Positions 26,161-39,319 of a stretch of 64,000 bases of DNA are shown one piece after another. Location: the NCBI RefSeq assembly GCF_009834535.1, contig NC_045696.1:87794001-87858000 (forward strand), in the 5' to 3' direction. The notes below the pieces were generated by a model that ran no database searches, had not been told where the DNA came from, and worked only from the letters and a program-made list of their open reading frames with translations. This stretch comes from Camelus ferus. Taxonomy: Eukaryota. The stretch's first letter is position 1. Each line of letters opens with the position of its first letter. The translations under genes and the position numbers were made by a program.

Positions 26161-26554
26161 AGGGTGACGTCCTCTTAGTCGTGTACAGAGCAGCACAGAT
26201 TCAAGTTAGTGCACTAGCTCTGCACATTGAAGATTATCTCGAATTATAAATGTCCAGTTTAAAGCATCAAAGACTCATGAATAGATGGGACAGTTTGAGG
26301 ACCAGAGGATCTTTTCCCTTATCACAGAAACTGACAGCTGCCTTCTGTGTCTGGATGTCTGACATTGTCTCTAAACTGACTCCAGGACAAAGAATTCCAC
26401 AGTTAATGAGATGGGATATTTTCCAGTCTTAGGCTGATGAACCTCAATGTGTCCACTGTTGCAGAGAACCGAAAGCTACTTGTCCTAAATCACTAAACTA
26501 TCTAGGAATTACCCTAGTCACCCCCATGAAGTATTATATGAAATAGTCAATTCT

Positions 26555-26999
26555 AACATCAACAAGTAGAGAAATCCACCTAATTCTGGCTTAAGCACAA
26601 AGGAATTTATTAGCCAAGACATGAATCGGCTTCAGGCATGGATGCACCAGTGCACCCAATGATGTTAGGAGCCTGTCTCTTTCCAGCTCTTGGTTCAGCT
26701 TGCCTCTGTGTTGGCTTCTTTCTCAGAATGATCGCCACATGTAGTAGAATGGTGGCCCGGTTTTCATCCCTCTACAGCAGCCACCCCAGCAAAGTGAAAG
26801 CTTCCATTTTCCAATAGATTCAAAAAATCCCCAGGGATAATGCACATTCAAAAGGTTTGGAAGGTCTGGCTTGGATTTGAGTCAGAAGTGAGTAATTTAG
26901 AATGGAGAATACACGGTTCCCCAAAGAAAACTGAGTAGTTGTTATGAGAAGACTGGAGACTGAAAGCTAGTCAGGCAAAAACAACAGATGTCCACTACA
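26555..26999 (-). mobile_element. MLT1J-like MaLR LTR
   Basis: CTGGCTTAAGCACAAAGGAATTTATT, GGCTTCAGGCATGG, terminus CAGGCAAAAACAACAGATGTCCACTACA. Confidence 0.75.
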
Positions 27000-27539
27000 T
27001 GCCCAGTCTCTATCATTCAAAACATCCTGGGTACAGTCCACTAAAGTTTTATCCTTCTAAGGCCTATTTTGTATTTGGTTTTACGAAAATCGCATTTGAT
27101 AGCCAAGTATGCAGTTACTTTTATAGTCAATTCAGAGGGATACAGTCAACAATTTATACAGCAGCAGTGTTGTGTCTCATGAATAGAAGAAAGAAACCCT
27201 AAGGACGGAATGTGACCTTGCCAGATCCCACTGGAAGAGAAACCCACTTTATGCACAGCTGAGGTTGAGCTGCTCGATAATATGTCATACAATCAAGTGT
27301 GAGCTGTGCTAAATGCCAGTTTTACAGAAATCAGCGTGACATTCTTCCCAGAAATGGAGCTAACAATTATTTTCAAGTTTAGGACTAGTTAAAACAAATT
27401 GTTATTGAACAAATTTCTCTGTATAGTTTTGGAAAGAAATGTGTCTTTTCTTTGTGAAAATCATATTAAGCAAAGCCAGAGTGTTTTCTACATTTTAACT
27501 TAATTTCCTGTGGGGAAATGGCTTTCTGGAACTTTGGAA

Positions 27540-27660
27540 AATGTAGATTGATGACAAATCCCCAGGATACCACTTGCAAGTTGTAGGATCTTGGCAAAAT
27601 TTCTCAAACAACAAAGCCTCAGTGGTTTTATCTGTAAAACAGGAATACTATCTCACTGCT
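27540..27660 (+). mobile_element. MIR fragment
   Basis: CCACTTGCAAGTTGTAGGATCTTGGCAA..GCCTCAGT..ATCTGTAAAACAGG. Confidence 0.55.
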
Positions 27661-28334
27661 CGAATGTAGAAGACTAATATTTTCAATATAAGCCAAGAAA
27701 AAAAGTACAAAATGCAAAATAAATCTAAGGGCATAAAAACATCTATACACTTCAATTAAAATTGTAATGAAATGAAGTAAAATTCCATTTAAATATTAAT
27801 ACCATTACAGAGAAATATTTAGCCTCTCATTCTTATCCAAATGTCTTAGAATAAAGAGTAAATATTTTTCTACAAACCAATTCATCATCATAATGGATTA
27901 GATAGATGGAAAATATTGCTTAGAAATTTTTCTGAAAATAGAATAATGGAAATGCATGTGGACCAAAGCCAAGAATACTAGGCCTGAGTCTTGGTTTTCT
28001 CTCCAATATTTAGAGAAATTTGAAAAGAACCTTTTTCTCTGTATGTCACTAAAGACAATGCTCACTGTGTTCTCATACGACACTGAGACAACAGGAGAGT
28101 CAGTGGTAATTATGTAAAGTTCTATACAGCTAAACATAAGGAAAAATACAATATAAACACAGGGAAATGTTTTGGAGAGAAAGGAGTGTTTTCTGTGAAA
28201 TCCAAGCTATTTGGATTTTTTTTTTGTTCTTATTTTTTAATTCCATAAGTCTTGCCCAATTAGAGACTTTGCATTAAAGTTTTCCTTCTTGTCCATATTT
28301 TGCTTTCTGCTTGGGAGTTCATATATATTAAATC

Positions 28335-28600
28335 TAGGAAAGCGGCTAAGGACACAGGCCTTGCTATCAAGTACATCTGAATTTCAGTCCCAATGGCATC
28401 ACTCCTTAAGTATGAGGCTTTAGATAGATTCTACCATTCTATGGCTGTTTCCTCATCTGGAAAAGGAAAACAGCATTTTTATCTACTTTACAGAATTCTT
28501 ATGGGGATGAAATAAGGTAACATAAGTAAAGTGATTTGCAAAGAGCCTCACTCCAAATAAACACACAGCAAATATTACATGTTATATTACAGTTATTATT
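28335..28600 (+). mobile_element. MIR SINE
   Basis: GTTTCCTCATCTGGAAAA..TTATGGGGATGAAATAAG..GTAAAGTG. Confidence 0.65.
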
Positions 28601-29059
28601 TCTATTTACTATAATAAGCATTATTTCAACTAAGCAGAGACAGGAAGGTCAAGAAATCTATCACACATAAGAGGTCACTGTTTAACAGCTGATGCTGTCA
28701 CTAAGTAGAGGCAGATTTACACCTGGAATAAAGATAAAGTGAATCTTTAATTCCAGTACAAGTTGCTCCTGGATAAACTGCACATTTTTTCTTCTATCAA
28801 GGAAAACAAGGTCACATTTATTAACGACGCTGAAATGCAAGAAAAATCACTGCTATTTCATTCTTTGCAGCACACACAGGTCCCATCAATGTTGAGTATA
28901 TAATGCTGGAAGGAATGACAACCTTTTCTTTTGTGAACATGCCTCACTATTCAAATCTTCTTTCCTGTTCATCTCTGTTTACTTGTCTTGAGTCTCTGGC
29001 TTATGAATGTCTTTGTTAGAGGATTTACCGCACTATATTGCAGGTTTTTTGGTTTCATG

Positions 29060-29180
29060 TCAATTTGACTAAGAATTCTTTAAAATGTCTAAATGGTAAT
29101 CATCTTCTATTTCCAGAGCTTAGCATGCTGCCTGGTAAATAAGAGGCATGCAGTAAAGTTTATTAAATTTAATTTAATTT
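29060..29180 (+). mobile_element. L2 3' end fragment
   Basis: TATTTCCAGAGCTTAGCATGCTGCCTGG..AAGAGGCATGCAGTAAAGTTTATT. Confidence 0.5.
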
Positions 29181-30559
29181 ATACAGGGACTTTTCAAAGC
29201 TCCTTTAACTTATATATGAGTGATTTCTTTCTTTGGAAACATTGTCTTAGCCATTATTGCAACCAGACAGTCTTCCTTTCTAAGGGTTAAGTAACAAATG
29301 TAATCAATCTCCTATAGAAGCACATAAACTAGGTGAAAAGCACTGATTTTAAAGCACTCCTATGTTATGTTCAAAAAAGTTCCAGGCTATATCACTCAAA
29401 AACACATAAAAACTAATCTTACTTCTTCACTGAAACTCAAAACAGTAGGAATCTGAAATAGCATATGAATCATTTGTATTAGTTAAGTCATTATTTTGCA
29501 TATGAATAGATTTCACAAACCATCCTCACCTGACACCTTGGTAATCAGTTTATGGGTACATCTATCTAGATTTCTCTTTAATCTTGATATTGTATATAAA
29601 AATATTAAAATATAGTCCTTAATATAAATATTTCTTAACGTGAGCTTAAAATTTTAATTTCAAAATACATATTTCTTAGCTTCACTGCAGAAATACTTGT
29701 ATGAAACATTTCCTTTATATATTTTACCAGGCTACACAATGCATGCTCTCTCTATATTAAGCTTCTAATACCCTGGCAGAAATGCTTTTGGACTATTCAC
29801 ATCTGATACTGTCCTGGGATCTTCCACTTTAACTATTTTCAACACATTTTTCTAAATGCTAATAATGAAATAAAAATGTGTATCTCTTTAAACTGATGGA
29901 AAGTTAAAGCTTAAGTATTTAAGTATGACTTTTCTTTCAACCTCAAAATAGGTCTTTTTTTCTTTGAAAAGCATAGCTGCTTCTTTCCTAATTTTAAGTA
30001 CTAGTCATTTTTAATACTTCATAGTTTTGAAAGCATTCTAACATTTTAACCCATACTATTTCAGAATTAATGTGTTTCCTTACAGTTGATACAAGGGACT
30101 AGAAATAAGCCAAGGAAACAGAAACCCTGAGTTCTTTTTCCAGTCCCTTATTTGATGCTAGATCATAATTTTCCTACTCTCAGCACAAAATTTGCCCACC
30201 CTCTGCTGCCCCCTTTCTCAAGGACTTCAATGACCTTTCTTCAGGACCATCCAGTATCAACCTATAAGGCAACAGTAACACCCAATATAGTCTATGCAGA
30301 GAATCATATTCTTGTGGAAGCCAGCGTACATTTTCTTTAAGTCAAATGTCTAATTTCACTAATTTATTTGCTGCATTTCCAACAGTCATAATACGCCAAC
30401 ACGTTATTTCAAAGACGATGCATTGTAACAAAATTCACTCAGAATTTATTAAGGAAAATATAATAAAATCTATAAATAGGAAAGACGAAGTATATGAGAA
30501 GTAGTTGTCCAACTTGTAATTCATACACATTTGTTTATGAACCTTGGAATTCATGGAGA

Positions 30560-30730
30560 CTCAAAGCTTCAGCTCATGCTGTTAGGGTTCTAGCCTCCTT
30601 GTTCATCATCTTCCTTCCCTGACTGCCTGCCCGACAGAGCCCAGCTTTGCTTAGCAGCACCTACAATTGCTTTAGCCAGTTCCTTGTAAAAAGTCTTAGT
30701 GGTTCTGCTCTTGGGTTGAACTCCAATATA
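30560..30730 (+). mobile_element. ERVL LTR 3' fragment (LTR33-like)
   Basis: TTCCCTGACTGCCTGCCC..TTCCTTGTAA..CTTAGTGGTTCTGCT..TTGAAC. Confidence 0.5.
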
Positions 30731-31907
30731 TAACCCGGTATCGTTAGTACATTACTGGGCATTATGTACAAAAACCAAACAGCACTTGAACCATTCATAC
30801 TTCATGTGCCTGCCCATGTGGGAATGTCTCCTACTGAATCCTTGAGATTCTATATCCAGAGATTGGTCTACTCCTTCCTGCCTACTATAAAGAATTGGCA
30901 GAGTTTTAGATTTAAGCCTTAACTCTGCAACTGCAGTGCTGAGTAGTTTTGGAGAATTATGCAATGCCTATCATATTGCAAAAGGCCCTAGATTTACAAT
31001 GAAATCAAATAGATATGATTTCCAACCTCTCCCTAACTCCAAGAGATGTTCGGAACTCAACCTTTTTATGTTTGTAAGTCTGTTCAAAAACCACATGAAT
31101 TTATTACTTTAGGAGTAATACAAGGATATTTTGATATCAGAAATTATATTCTATAATTACATATTATATTCTATGACTCTTAATTTTATATGCTGAGTAA
31201 GTGGGATATTGGTATATCTTGGTCCCAGAAACAATTTTATCAAATTGGCATTTTTATTTTTTTTTGTTCTGGTTACTATTTTTCTATAATAACAATTACA
31301 GCATTGTTGTCCTATAACATATTATGGCTATAAAGATTTGATAAATCAACACATTTACTTTACTAATGTCTGTATTTTTTAAAGTTATTCACCCAGAGAA
31401 AATTATTACAAATAATGTGATATTAAATTAGTTCACAAACCTGGTCATTTAAAAGAGAGTGAACCAGATATGTTATAGCAGATAGTCAACATTCTTGGAC
31501 TTCATAGTCTTAGGTTCAACCACTTGCATGGTCCCCTTAAGGCCCAAGAGATATAATAATTTATAATTTTCCTGAAGCATACATTTAACCACATCATTAC
31601 AAGGTTGTCAAACAGGAGCTAGTGAGTCAACTAAGCAAACAAAAACCACATCTCAAAGCACCTTCATCATGGTATACTTGTAAGAAAAAAACAATAACAA
31701 TAATGTGGACTGAATTAATAATGGGGACTGAATTATTTGGTGAAGCAACATTCGTAATATTGAGATTTCTTGAAATACCTCATAATTTATCCTTTTCAAA
31801 TATCAAACATCTAAATGTTCTTCCAGTTTTGTCTGTTATTTGTTGGTTTATAGATCGGTTTTGTCAAGAGCTACGTTTTGTTAAGGGGTTATAATACAAC
31901 TATCTTT

Positions 31908-32170
31908 CTTTTTAATTGAAGTATAGTCAGTTCACAATGTGTCAATTTCTGTTGTAGACCATAATGTTTCATTCACACATATACATACATATATTTGTTT
32001 TCAAATTCTTTTTCATTATAGGTTACTACAAGATACTGAACAAAGTTCCCTGTACTGTACAGAAGAAACTTGTTGCTTATCTATTTTATATATACTGGTT
32101 AATATCTGCAAATCTTAAACTCTCAATTTTATCTCTTCCCACCCCATTTCCCCCTGGTAACCTTAAGATT
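31908..32170 (-). mobile_element. Young (camelid-type) L1 3' end
   Basis: TTTTTAATTGAAGTATAGTCAGTTCACAATGTGTCAATTTCTG, same family as 6003-6215. Confidence 0.8.
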
Positions 32171-33109
32171 GCTTAATATGACATGACTACCTTTTGATAA
32201 TCAAAGTATTCCGTCACTCAAGTGACTGCAAGTATTTGGTAGACACTTTCTTCATCATCCCCAAGTTTATAAGCACCTTGTCTGTTTCAAAACCTATAGA
32301 AATAATTTACATTCTTTTTTGTCTCTTTCACATCAATTTATTTTAATTACACCAAATTATAGCTCCCTGACTTATAAACTGAGAATCTAATATTATGAAT
32401 GGAATGTGTCTGTCGTTTGAGGGAGGGGGGAGGCAGACAGGCAAGGGAGACAGGAAGATCCAGACAGAAAGGAAGACAGCAAGAGGGCAAGCACTCTTTT
32501 CTTTCCACAGGAGGAAAAAAATGAGGCCACTTCTTTCAACAGACATTAACACTCTTTCTGATTTCCTTTCTTCATATAATGTCAACAGTGTCATTTTTCT
32601 AACATTTTCTGTACGTGCTGCAGTAAAAGCAGCTCATTGGCTTCTCCTGTTATTTTCTGGGAAGTTGGCAGGAAAGAGCATCACCTAATGGAAACAGGAC
32701 TGAAGTCTGCAGTCCCAAAGTCCGGCCTCAGCTCCACCTCTCCCCAATAAATGATGACCAAATGAGCCTGTTTTTATTTTTCTCACCCCAAATGCTTACC
32801 ACAAGATTTTCACGATGGTAAAAGAACAGAATCCACATGAAATACATAGAAAACATGAGAAAACTATTACAAAGAAATGTTGAACAGAATTTTGTTATTT
32901 CTTTCTCCATGTTTGCTAGACACCAGAGTTCACTTTTAAGCTATCATTTCTGTCCTTCTCTTTCTGCCACAGCCCCACCAATTTTACATTTAGGTATCTC
33001 ACCAATAAAAAAAAAAAAAAAGACTTCTTTGTTCTACAGAAAGCAGCAACTCTACTATTCAGCTTGCAACTCTGTTTCTGACAAGCATACAGAATACACT
33101 AATGGCTTC

Positions 33110-33390
33110 TTTCTTGGCAATCCAAAGGCCTCTTGAAAATTCTCATCTTTCTTGACCTCTCTGCATGATTTGACATGGCTCAACCTGTTGTCATTCTTGA
33201 ACTGTTTTATTATTGTGGCTTCTACAGCAGCATTCCCTCCTCACATTTCCTATGATAGCTCTAGCTGCTTCTTTCATTCTTTTTTAACAGTCCCTCTTCC
33301 CATGCCTACCACCCAAGTCATGGGTTCTCTGTGGCTCACTCAACCCTCTTCAATTCATCTACTTGAGCCAAATCATTCTATTTCTTTGAA
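33110..33390 (+). mobile_element. L2 ORF2 fragment
   Basis: CTCATCTTTCTTGACCTCTCTGCATGATTTGACA (LILLDLSAAFD-like RT motif). Confidence 0.6.
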
Positions 33391-33399
33391 GATTTTAAA

Positions 33400-35042
33400 A
33401 GGATTTTTTTTTTGTCTTTTCCCCCCAGGCTTACTGAAGTATATTTGACAAACAAAATTGTATATATTTAAAGTGTACAACGTGATGAGTTGATATTTGT
33501 ATTTATCATGAAATGATTCCCACAATCAAGCTAAGTAACACATCCATCACCTCACACAGTCACCCTTTTCAAAAATTTTTGTGGTGAGAATGGTTAAGAT
33601 TTACTCTCAGCAAATTCTGAGTACAAAATACAGTATTATTAACTGTAGTCATTGTGTTGTGCATTAGATCCTTAGAATTTATTCATTTTATAACTTAAAG
33701 TTTGTAGACTTTGACCTCTATCTCTTCATTTCCCCCCAATCCCAACTCCTGGCACTACCATTCCACTTTTTGTTGCCATTAGTTAACTTTTTTAAGACAC
33801 CACAGAAGTGATACTATATGAAGTATTTTGTTTATCTTTGTCTGGATTATTTTACTCAGCATAATACCCTCCAGATTCATCCACTTCATCAATGTTGTCT
33901 CAAATGTCAGGATTTCTTTCTTTTTTAAGGCTAAATGATATCCGTGTGTGTGTGTATATGTCTAATACATTTTTAAAATCCATATCCATGGACAGGCATC
34001 TGATTTTTTCCCATGTCTTGGCTACTGTGAATAATGTTCAGTGAACTTGGGAGTAAAAATATCTACTAATTTCATTTCCTTTGAATATATATCCAAAAGT
34101 AGAATTACTGTATCACATGGCAGTTCTATTTTTAGTTTTTTGAGAAACCTCCATATTGCTTTCCATAGTGGCTGCACCAATTCATATTTTCAACAACAGT
34201 GTACAAGGGTTCCTTTTTCTCCCATATCCTTGCCAACATTTGTTATCTCTTGTTTTTTTTGACAATAGCCAACCTGACTGGTGTGAGGTGATAACTCAGT
34301 GATTTTGATCTGCACGTCCCTGATGATTGGCGATGGTGAGCACATCTTGATGTATCTGTTGGCCATTTGGAAGTGTTCTTCGGGAAAATGTCTATTCAGG
34401 TCTTTACCCATTTTTAAATCAAATCATTTGTGGGTTTTTTTTTTTTAATAGTGAGTTGTATGTGTTCTTTATATTTGTAGCCACTAATCCCTTATAAGAT
34501 ATATGGTTTGCAAAAATTTTCTCCCATTCCACAGGTTACCTTTTCATTTTCTTGATTGTTTCCTTTGCTGTCCAGAAGATTTTTATTTTTTTTTTGTCAT
34601 TCTACCTATTTTTTCTTTTGTCACTAGTGATTTTCATGTCATTTCAAAAAAAAACCATTGTCAAGATTAATATCAAAGGGCCTTTTTTTCCTGTGCATAC
34701 TTCTATGAATTTTATGATTTTAAATATTACATTTAAGTCTTTGATACATTTGGGGTTATTTTTTGTGAGTGGTCTAAGATAGAGATCCAGTTTCATTCTT
34801 TAGCATATAGATACCCAGTTTTCCCAACACAACTTACTGTAGAAATTATCAACAACTATCCTTTCCTCACTATGTCTTCTTTGTGCCATTGGCAAAGATC
34901 AGTTAACCATATATAAGAGAGGATTCATTTCTGGGATTCTGTCCCATTGGTCTATGTGTCAGTTTTTATGCCAGTACCACACTGTTTTGATTATTATAGG
35001 TTTGTAATATAGTTTGAAATCAGAACGTGTGATACCTCCAGC
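33400..35042 (-). mobile_element. L1MA9-like L1, 3' UTR plus ORF2 C-terminal region
   Basis: TTTAAAGTGTACAACGTGATG..CCATCACCTCACA 3' end; ORF 34190-34411(-) KDLNRHFPEEHFQMANRYIKMCS is decayed ORF2. Confidence 0.85.
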
Positions 35043-35180
35043 ATGTCCAAGTCATGCATATATAGACATATATATATATACATACACACGCATATGTTTG
35101 TTTTCATATTCTTTTTCATTAAAGATTATTACAAGATATTGAACATAGTTTCCTGTGCTATACAGAAGAAATTTCTTTTT
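35043..35180 (-). mobile_element. Young L1 3' UTR fragment
   Basis: TTCATATTCTTTTTCATT..TTATTACAAGATATTGAACATAGTTTCCTGTGCTATACAGAAGAAA shared with 6003-6215. Confidence 0.75.
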
Positions 35181-36779
35181 AGATATTTTCTTGTCTTTTT
35201 CCCACTCTTTTCTATGAGCCTGCTTTCTTATATCTCAGACTACTTTCTTGTTATATCATCTATTACATCACTTTACAAAATACATTTCAGTTCATTTTCT
35301 TATGAGCACAAACTCACTCTGAAGCTTACTCCTGGCTCCTGCGGGGGAAAAAAACTGTTTTTTTCAAATTATGCTCTTCTTCTCTCTCTTGAATGCTATG
35401 TCTGTCTCCATTTGTGCTGCAGTTACTTTGAATAGGCTCCACATAGAAGGTTACTGTTATTTATTCTTGAATAAGAGTTTATTCAGAGCTGGCACTTGCC
35501 CAGAACTAGTGTGGGTAGATTATCACTGACTCCCCTCGTTGTTCACTTAAATTCATTAGAGGCTCCTCTGCAATCAGAAGCAGAGGCAATTTAAATTTTT
35601 GTAAGTTCAAGGCCATGAATGCAGAGTTTGCTGGGAGTGGGGAATATGCTGCCACCATGAGATGTCCTAGTATTGGATAGTCTCCTTTAAAAGTTTTTGT
35701 TTTCCCCTGAGTTTGGTTAAATTGCTTGGGCAAAATGGTGGCCTTTCTTAGCCAGTTTAACACAGGTTCTATTTCAAGAATCTAGGAGAGTAATACCCAG
35801 CTTCTTTTCTTAAGCTTCTCTTTCTCATGTTAAGAAAGACCCCAGCTGATGCTGAAGGGTAAAGCTACTTTAAGGAAGAACCTCAGTCCTTGCAGATTTT
35901 CTGTTTATGTAGACAAACTCATCTTTGGGCACTTACATACTTCATTCTAAAATGAATAATCTTACTGAAAAAAAAAAAGTCCTGCATATCTGCAAAAACT
36001 CTAAATATCTGGTGGCATTTAAATGGCATGTTGCTTTCTGAAATTCTCTTTCTCTCTCTGTAAAAATAGATGGAGAAATAGAATTTAATAGATACAGAAA
36101 GATACTGCTCTTTTCTGAACATTCTCCAACCTATGCACTATGAGTTCTGTCTTATATAACATAAAGGACTTCTATAAAGAAAGTTAGTTGACTCTAAGTG
36201 TCTAACCTACTCTTCCCTCCAGTAAATCCAAATAGAGAGATACAAGGGATGTAAAGGTGTGCTAAAAATAGTATGAGTGTCATTATCTACAGTGAATGCT
36301 ACAACGGTCACTACACAATGAAAACCAGGCTGAGCTAGTCAACATCATTGAAAATAAATACATCCAACCCACAGAATTTATCTACCCAGTGCCAAGCCAC
36401 CAAATGAAAAATGCAATTTTCAATTCAAGATTAGGTTACTCTAATGTTTTTTTTTTTGTCATTTTAATAAAATCATTATAAGGTCATAATCAACTAAAAC
36501 AAAATTGACTCATCTCTAACTGATTTAAAATGTTTCAAGAAAATTTTCTAATCATAAATAGTTACCACATTAAAAGTTTTGTTTGTTCACATATTTCAAG
36601 ATGGTAGATACCTAGCAATGTTTAAGAAATGATTAATATGACTGCTGAGAAAGTGGGAGGGAATATGAATGAGAGCATACATGGAGAAACTGGCCTTAAT
36701 AGACAGGAAGGAATTTAAGCATGAGTGTGGTTGCATGTAATTTTAATATTTGGTGGATGGAAGTTGATTATACTCTAAA

Positions 36780-36952
36780 TCAGAGAATCTCAGACCAGAC
36801 TGCAACTTTGGAATCACCAGGTGAGTTTTTAAAACTACATTTATCTTGGATATGCTGATTTTGTTGTTGTTGTGTTCTGAATTGTGATAGATACTGGATT
36901 TTTAAAAATTTCTCCAGGCGATTCTAAAGCACAACAAAGTTGAGGACCACTC
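36780..36952. mobile_element. MER5-like MITE
   Basis: TTGGAATCACCAGGTGAGTTTTTAAAA..TCTCCAGGCGATTCTAA..AAGTTGAGGACCACT. Confidence 0.65.
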
Positions 36953-38911
36953 TTTTAGGAGGTACAGGAAGAATACAAAAATAGAAACAGAGAAGGGATT
37001 GTGAAGAAGTTTTAAATAACATATGCAGAATGCTAGAAAGGTGAGTTTCTACAAAGATAACAGAGGTCAGGCAGTGATGTAGGCTCAACTGAGGAGCAGA
37101 ATGACTTGATAGTTGTACCAACTGATCCTATTCGAGTCTTTTCAAAAGTGCTCACCTACAGCCCTGCAACTCCATGTGCGTTCTGTGACCCCACCTGGGA
37201 AGTGGTTAAAATAAAGAAGTTCAGTCCCACCTCAGATCTCCTGATTCAGACTTTGCATGTTAATAAGAGTGCAGATACAGAAATGATCCATCACTGGGTT
37301 CCTTGAGCACTTATTTCTTCTGAGAGGGTAAAACAAAAGGACAGAAAGCTAGGGAATTCAGGGTGTTATCAGGAATGAATTGATCAACATTATGAACATG
37401 AGCTAGGTCAATGCAGAAAGGAAAGGGCAGATGGATAGAGAGAAGATCTAAGCATCAGCGTGCTGCAGAGAAGGTATGGTCAAAGTTTAGAAGGTGAGGG
37501 AGGACTTGTGCAGGTGTTTTGGCTGACAGCAACAGGAGCTATCAAATTACTAGAACATGGGAATGGCTGCTTTGCACTTTAGGAGTTAGCTAAGGAAAAT
37601 ATAGGTAAGAGACCAGATGACTTGTCCTGACAGTTTCTTGGAGGACAAGTGACACTCAAGCTTAGTAGTCTGGTAGCTTCAGTGCAGATCCCAAAATTCT
37701 CTGTAGGTTTTAGATGTTAGTGCCTGTGGCAAGTATAGCAATCTGGTAATCAAAAAAAAAAAAAAACAAAAAACCCCAAAACCTGAAAATAAACAATCAG
37801 TCTTTCATAGATATATGTGCAGGCAAATATGTGAGCATATGGTGTGTGTGTATTGGACAGAGGTTGTAAAAAGAGAGTAAGGAGCAGAAGCAAATCTATT
37901 ATAAGTTGAAACTATGTTTCTATGGAAGCCAGCGATTTTAGCACACAGAATGTGAGGTCAATTCAGGTTTTTCTGGGATCATGTGATTTAGGACATGGAT
38001 TAATCAAGGATTTATTCATGGGACTGATCCCCAGGTTCTTGATATTGAAAATATGTTCTCTCTCAGGAGTATAACAAGGCATGACATGGAGTCCATTGGG
38101 TGTTAGTGTTCCTAGGAACAGATAAAGTAGCTCCTCTAAGGACTAGTGGGCAAGTCTCTGAACAGTATTTCCTTCATCTATGAATCTTGTGGATTTACTA
38201 TATTGAAACTAGGAGAGCCTGGTACAGAAAAAGTTAGACTGTTCCACTGAAGCAAGATATATTCCACACGTTTTAACAAAATAGGGAACCAAACAGATCT
38301 TCTGTTCTCTAGTCTTTATCTTGTATGATGTCATGAGAATTGTTGCTTACTTTTACTTTGTAATTGCTCTGTTAGAGACTAGAAGCCCATACAAAGTACC
38401 TTGATATGAATGATAAAGTTATAATTAGACATCACAGCTGTCCATCATTTGGGTACTATAGGGTGAGGAAGGACCAAGCCATATTTACATATCCTTGACC
38501 TTGGACTCTCCTCTTAAGATATAATGGAAGTGAAGATAGAAGAAGCATTCTTGAGTCTTCTTCTCAAACTCTGAAACAGTTCCACAGAGAGAAACTTCAT
38601 TAGAGAAACAAGAAACTGTAACCAAAGTGTGTCATATCTAGTTACTACTTAATGTACTTGTCAGTTTAAAATACACACAGAAAGATACACACACAGAGGC
38701 ATATATACATATATATATGAAAACTGATAAAGAAAATTTGATTTATAGGTCTGTCTTGAAATTCTCTTTGCTTTACTAACCTATGATAATAACCTATGTA
38801 TCTTTGAGGTTCTGTACCCAAATTCAACTAAAACAGTAACCTCTTTCTTTTTTTACTTTTTTTTTTTTTACAGTAGCCTTTTTCTTGATAACTGTAAACA
38901 AAAAAAAGATA

Positions 38912-39224
38912 CTACAAAACAGAAACAGACTCAGAGACACAGTAAACAAACCTATCGTTACCGGGAAGAAAGGGGGTGGGAAGGGATAAATTGGGAGTTT
39001 GAGAATTGCTAATATTAACTACTAAATATAAAATAGATTTAAAATTTTTTCTTCTTTATAGCACAGGGAACTATATTCAATATCTTGTAGTAACCTATAA
39101 TGAAAAAGAATATGAAAACAAATATATGTATGTATACGCATGACTGGGAAATTATGCTGTACACCAGAGATTGATACATTGTAACTGACTATATTTCAAT
39201 AAATACAAAACAAATTTAAAAATT
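38912..39224 (+). mobile_element. Young L1 3' end with TSD
   Basis: ACAAAACAGAAACAGACTCA..TAGCACAGGGAACTATATTCAATATCTTGTA..AATAAA plus A-rich tail; AAAAAGATA at 38903-38911 and 39225-39233. Confidence 0.8.
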
Positions 39225-39319
39225 AAAAAGATAAAAGGTTGGGTGATCTACCAAGGATGATTTCTTAGAAGGGGCTAGTATTAGGTTTTGGTTATAATTA
39301 CCGTTGTGTGATTTTAAAA

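Noticed and set aside
28757..28903. 48-codon open frame after an AG (YKLLLDKLHIFSSIKENK...)
   Set aside because: There is no convincing donor and no recognisable product.
35043..35435. 130-aa ORF
   Set aside because: It is antisense L1 3' UTR plus low-complexity flank.
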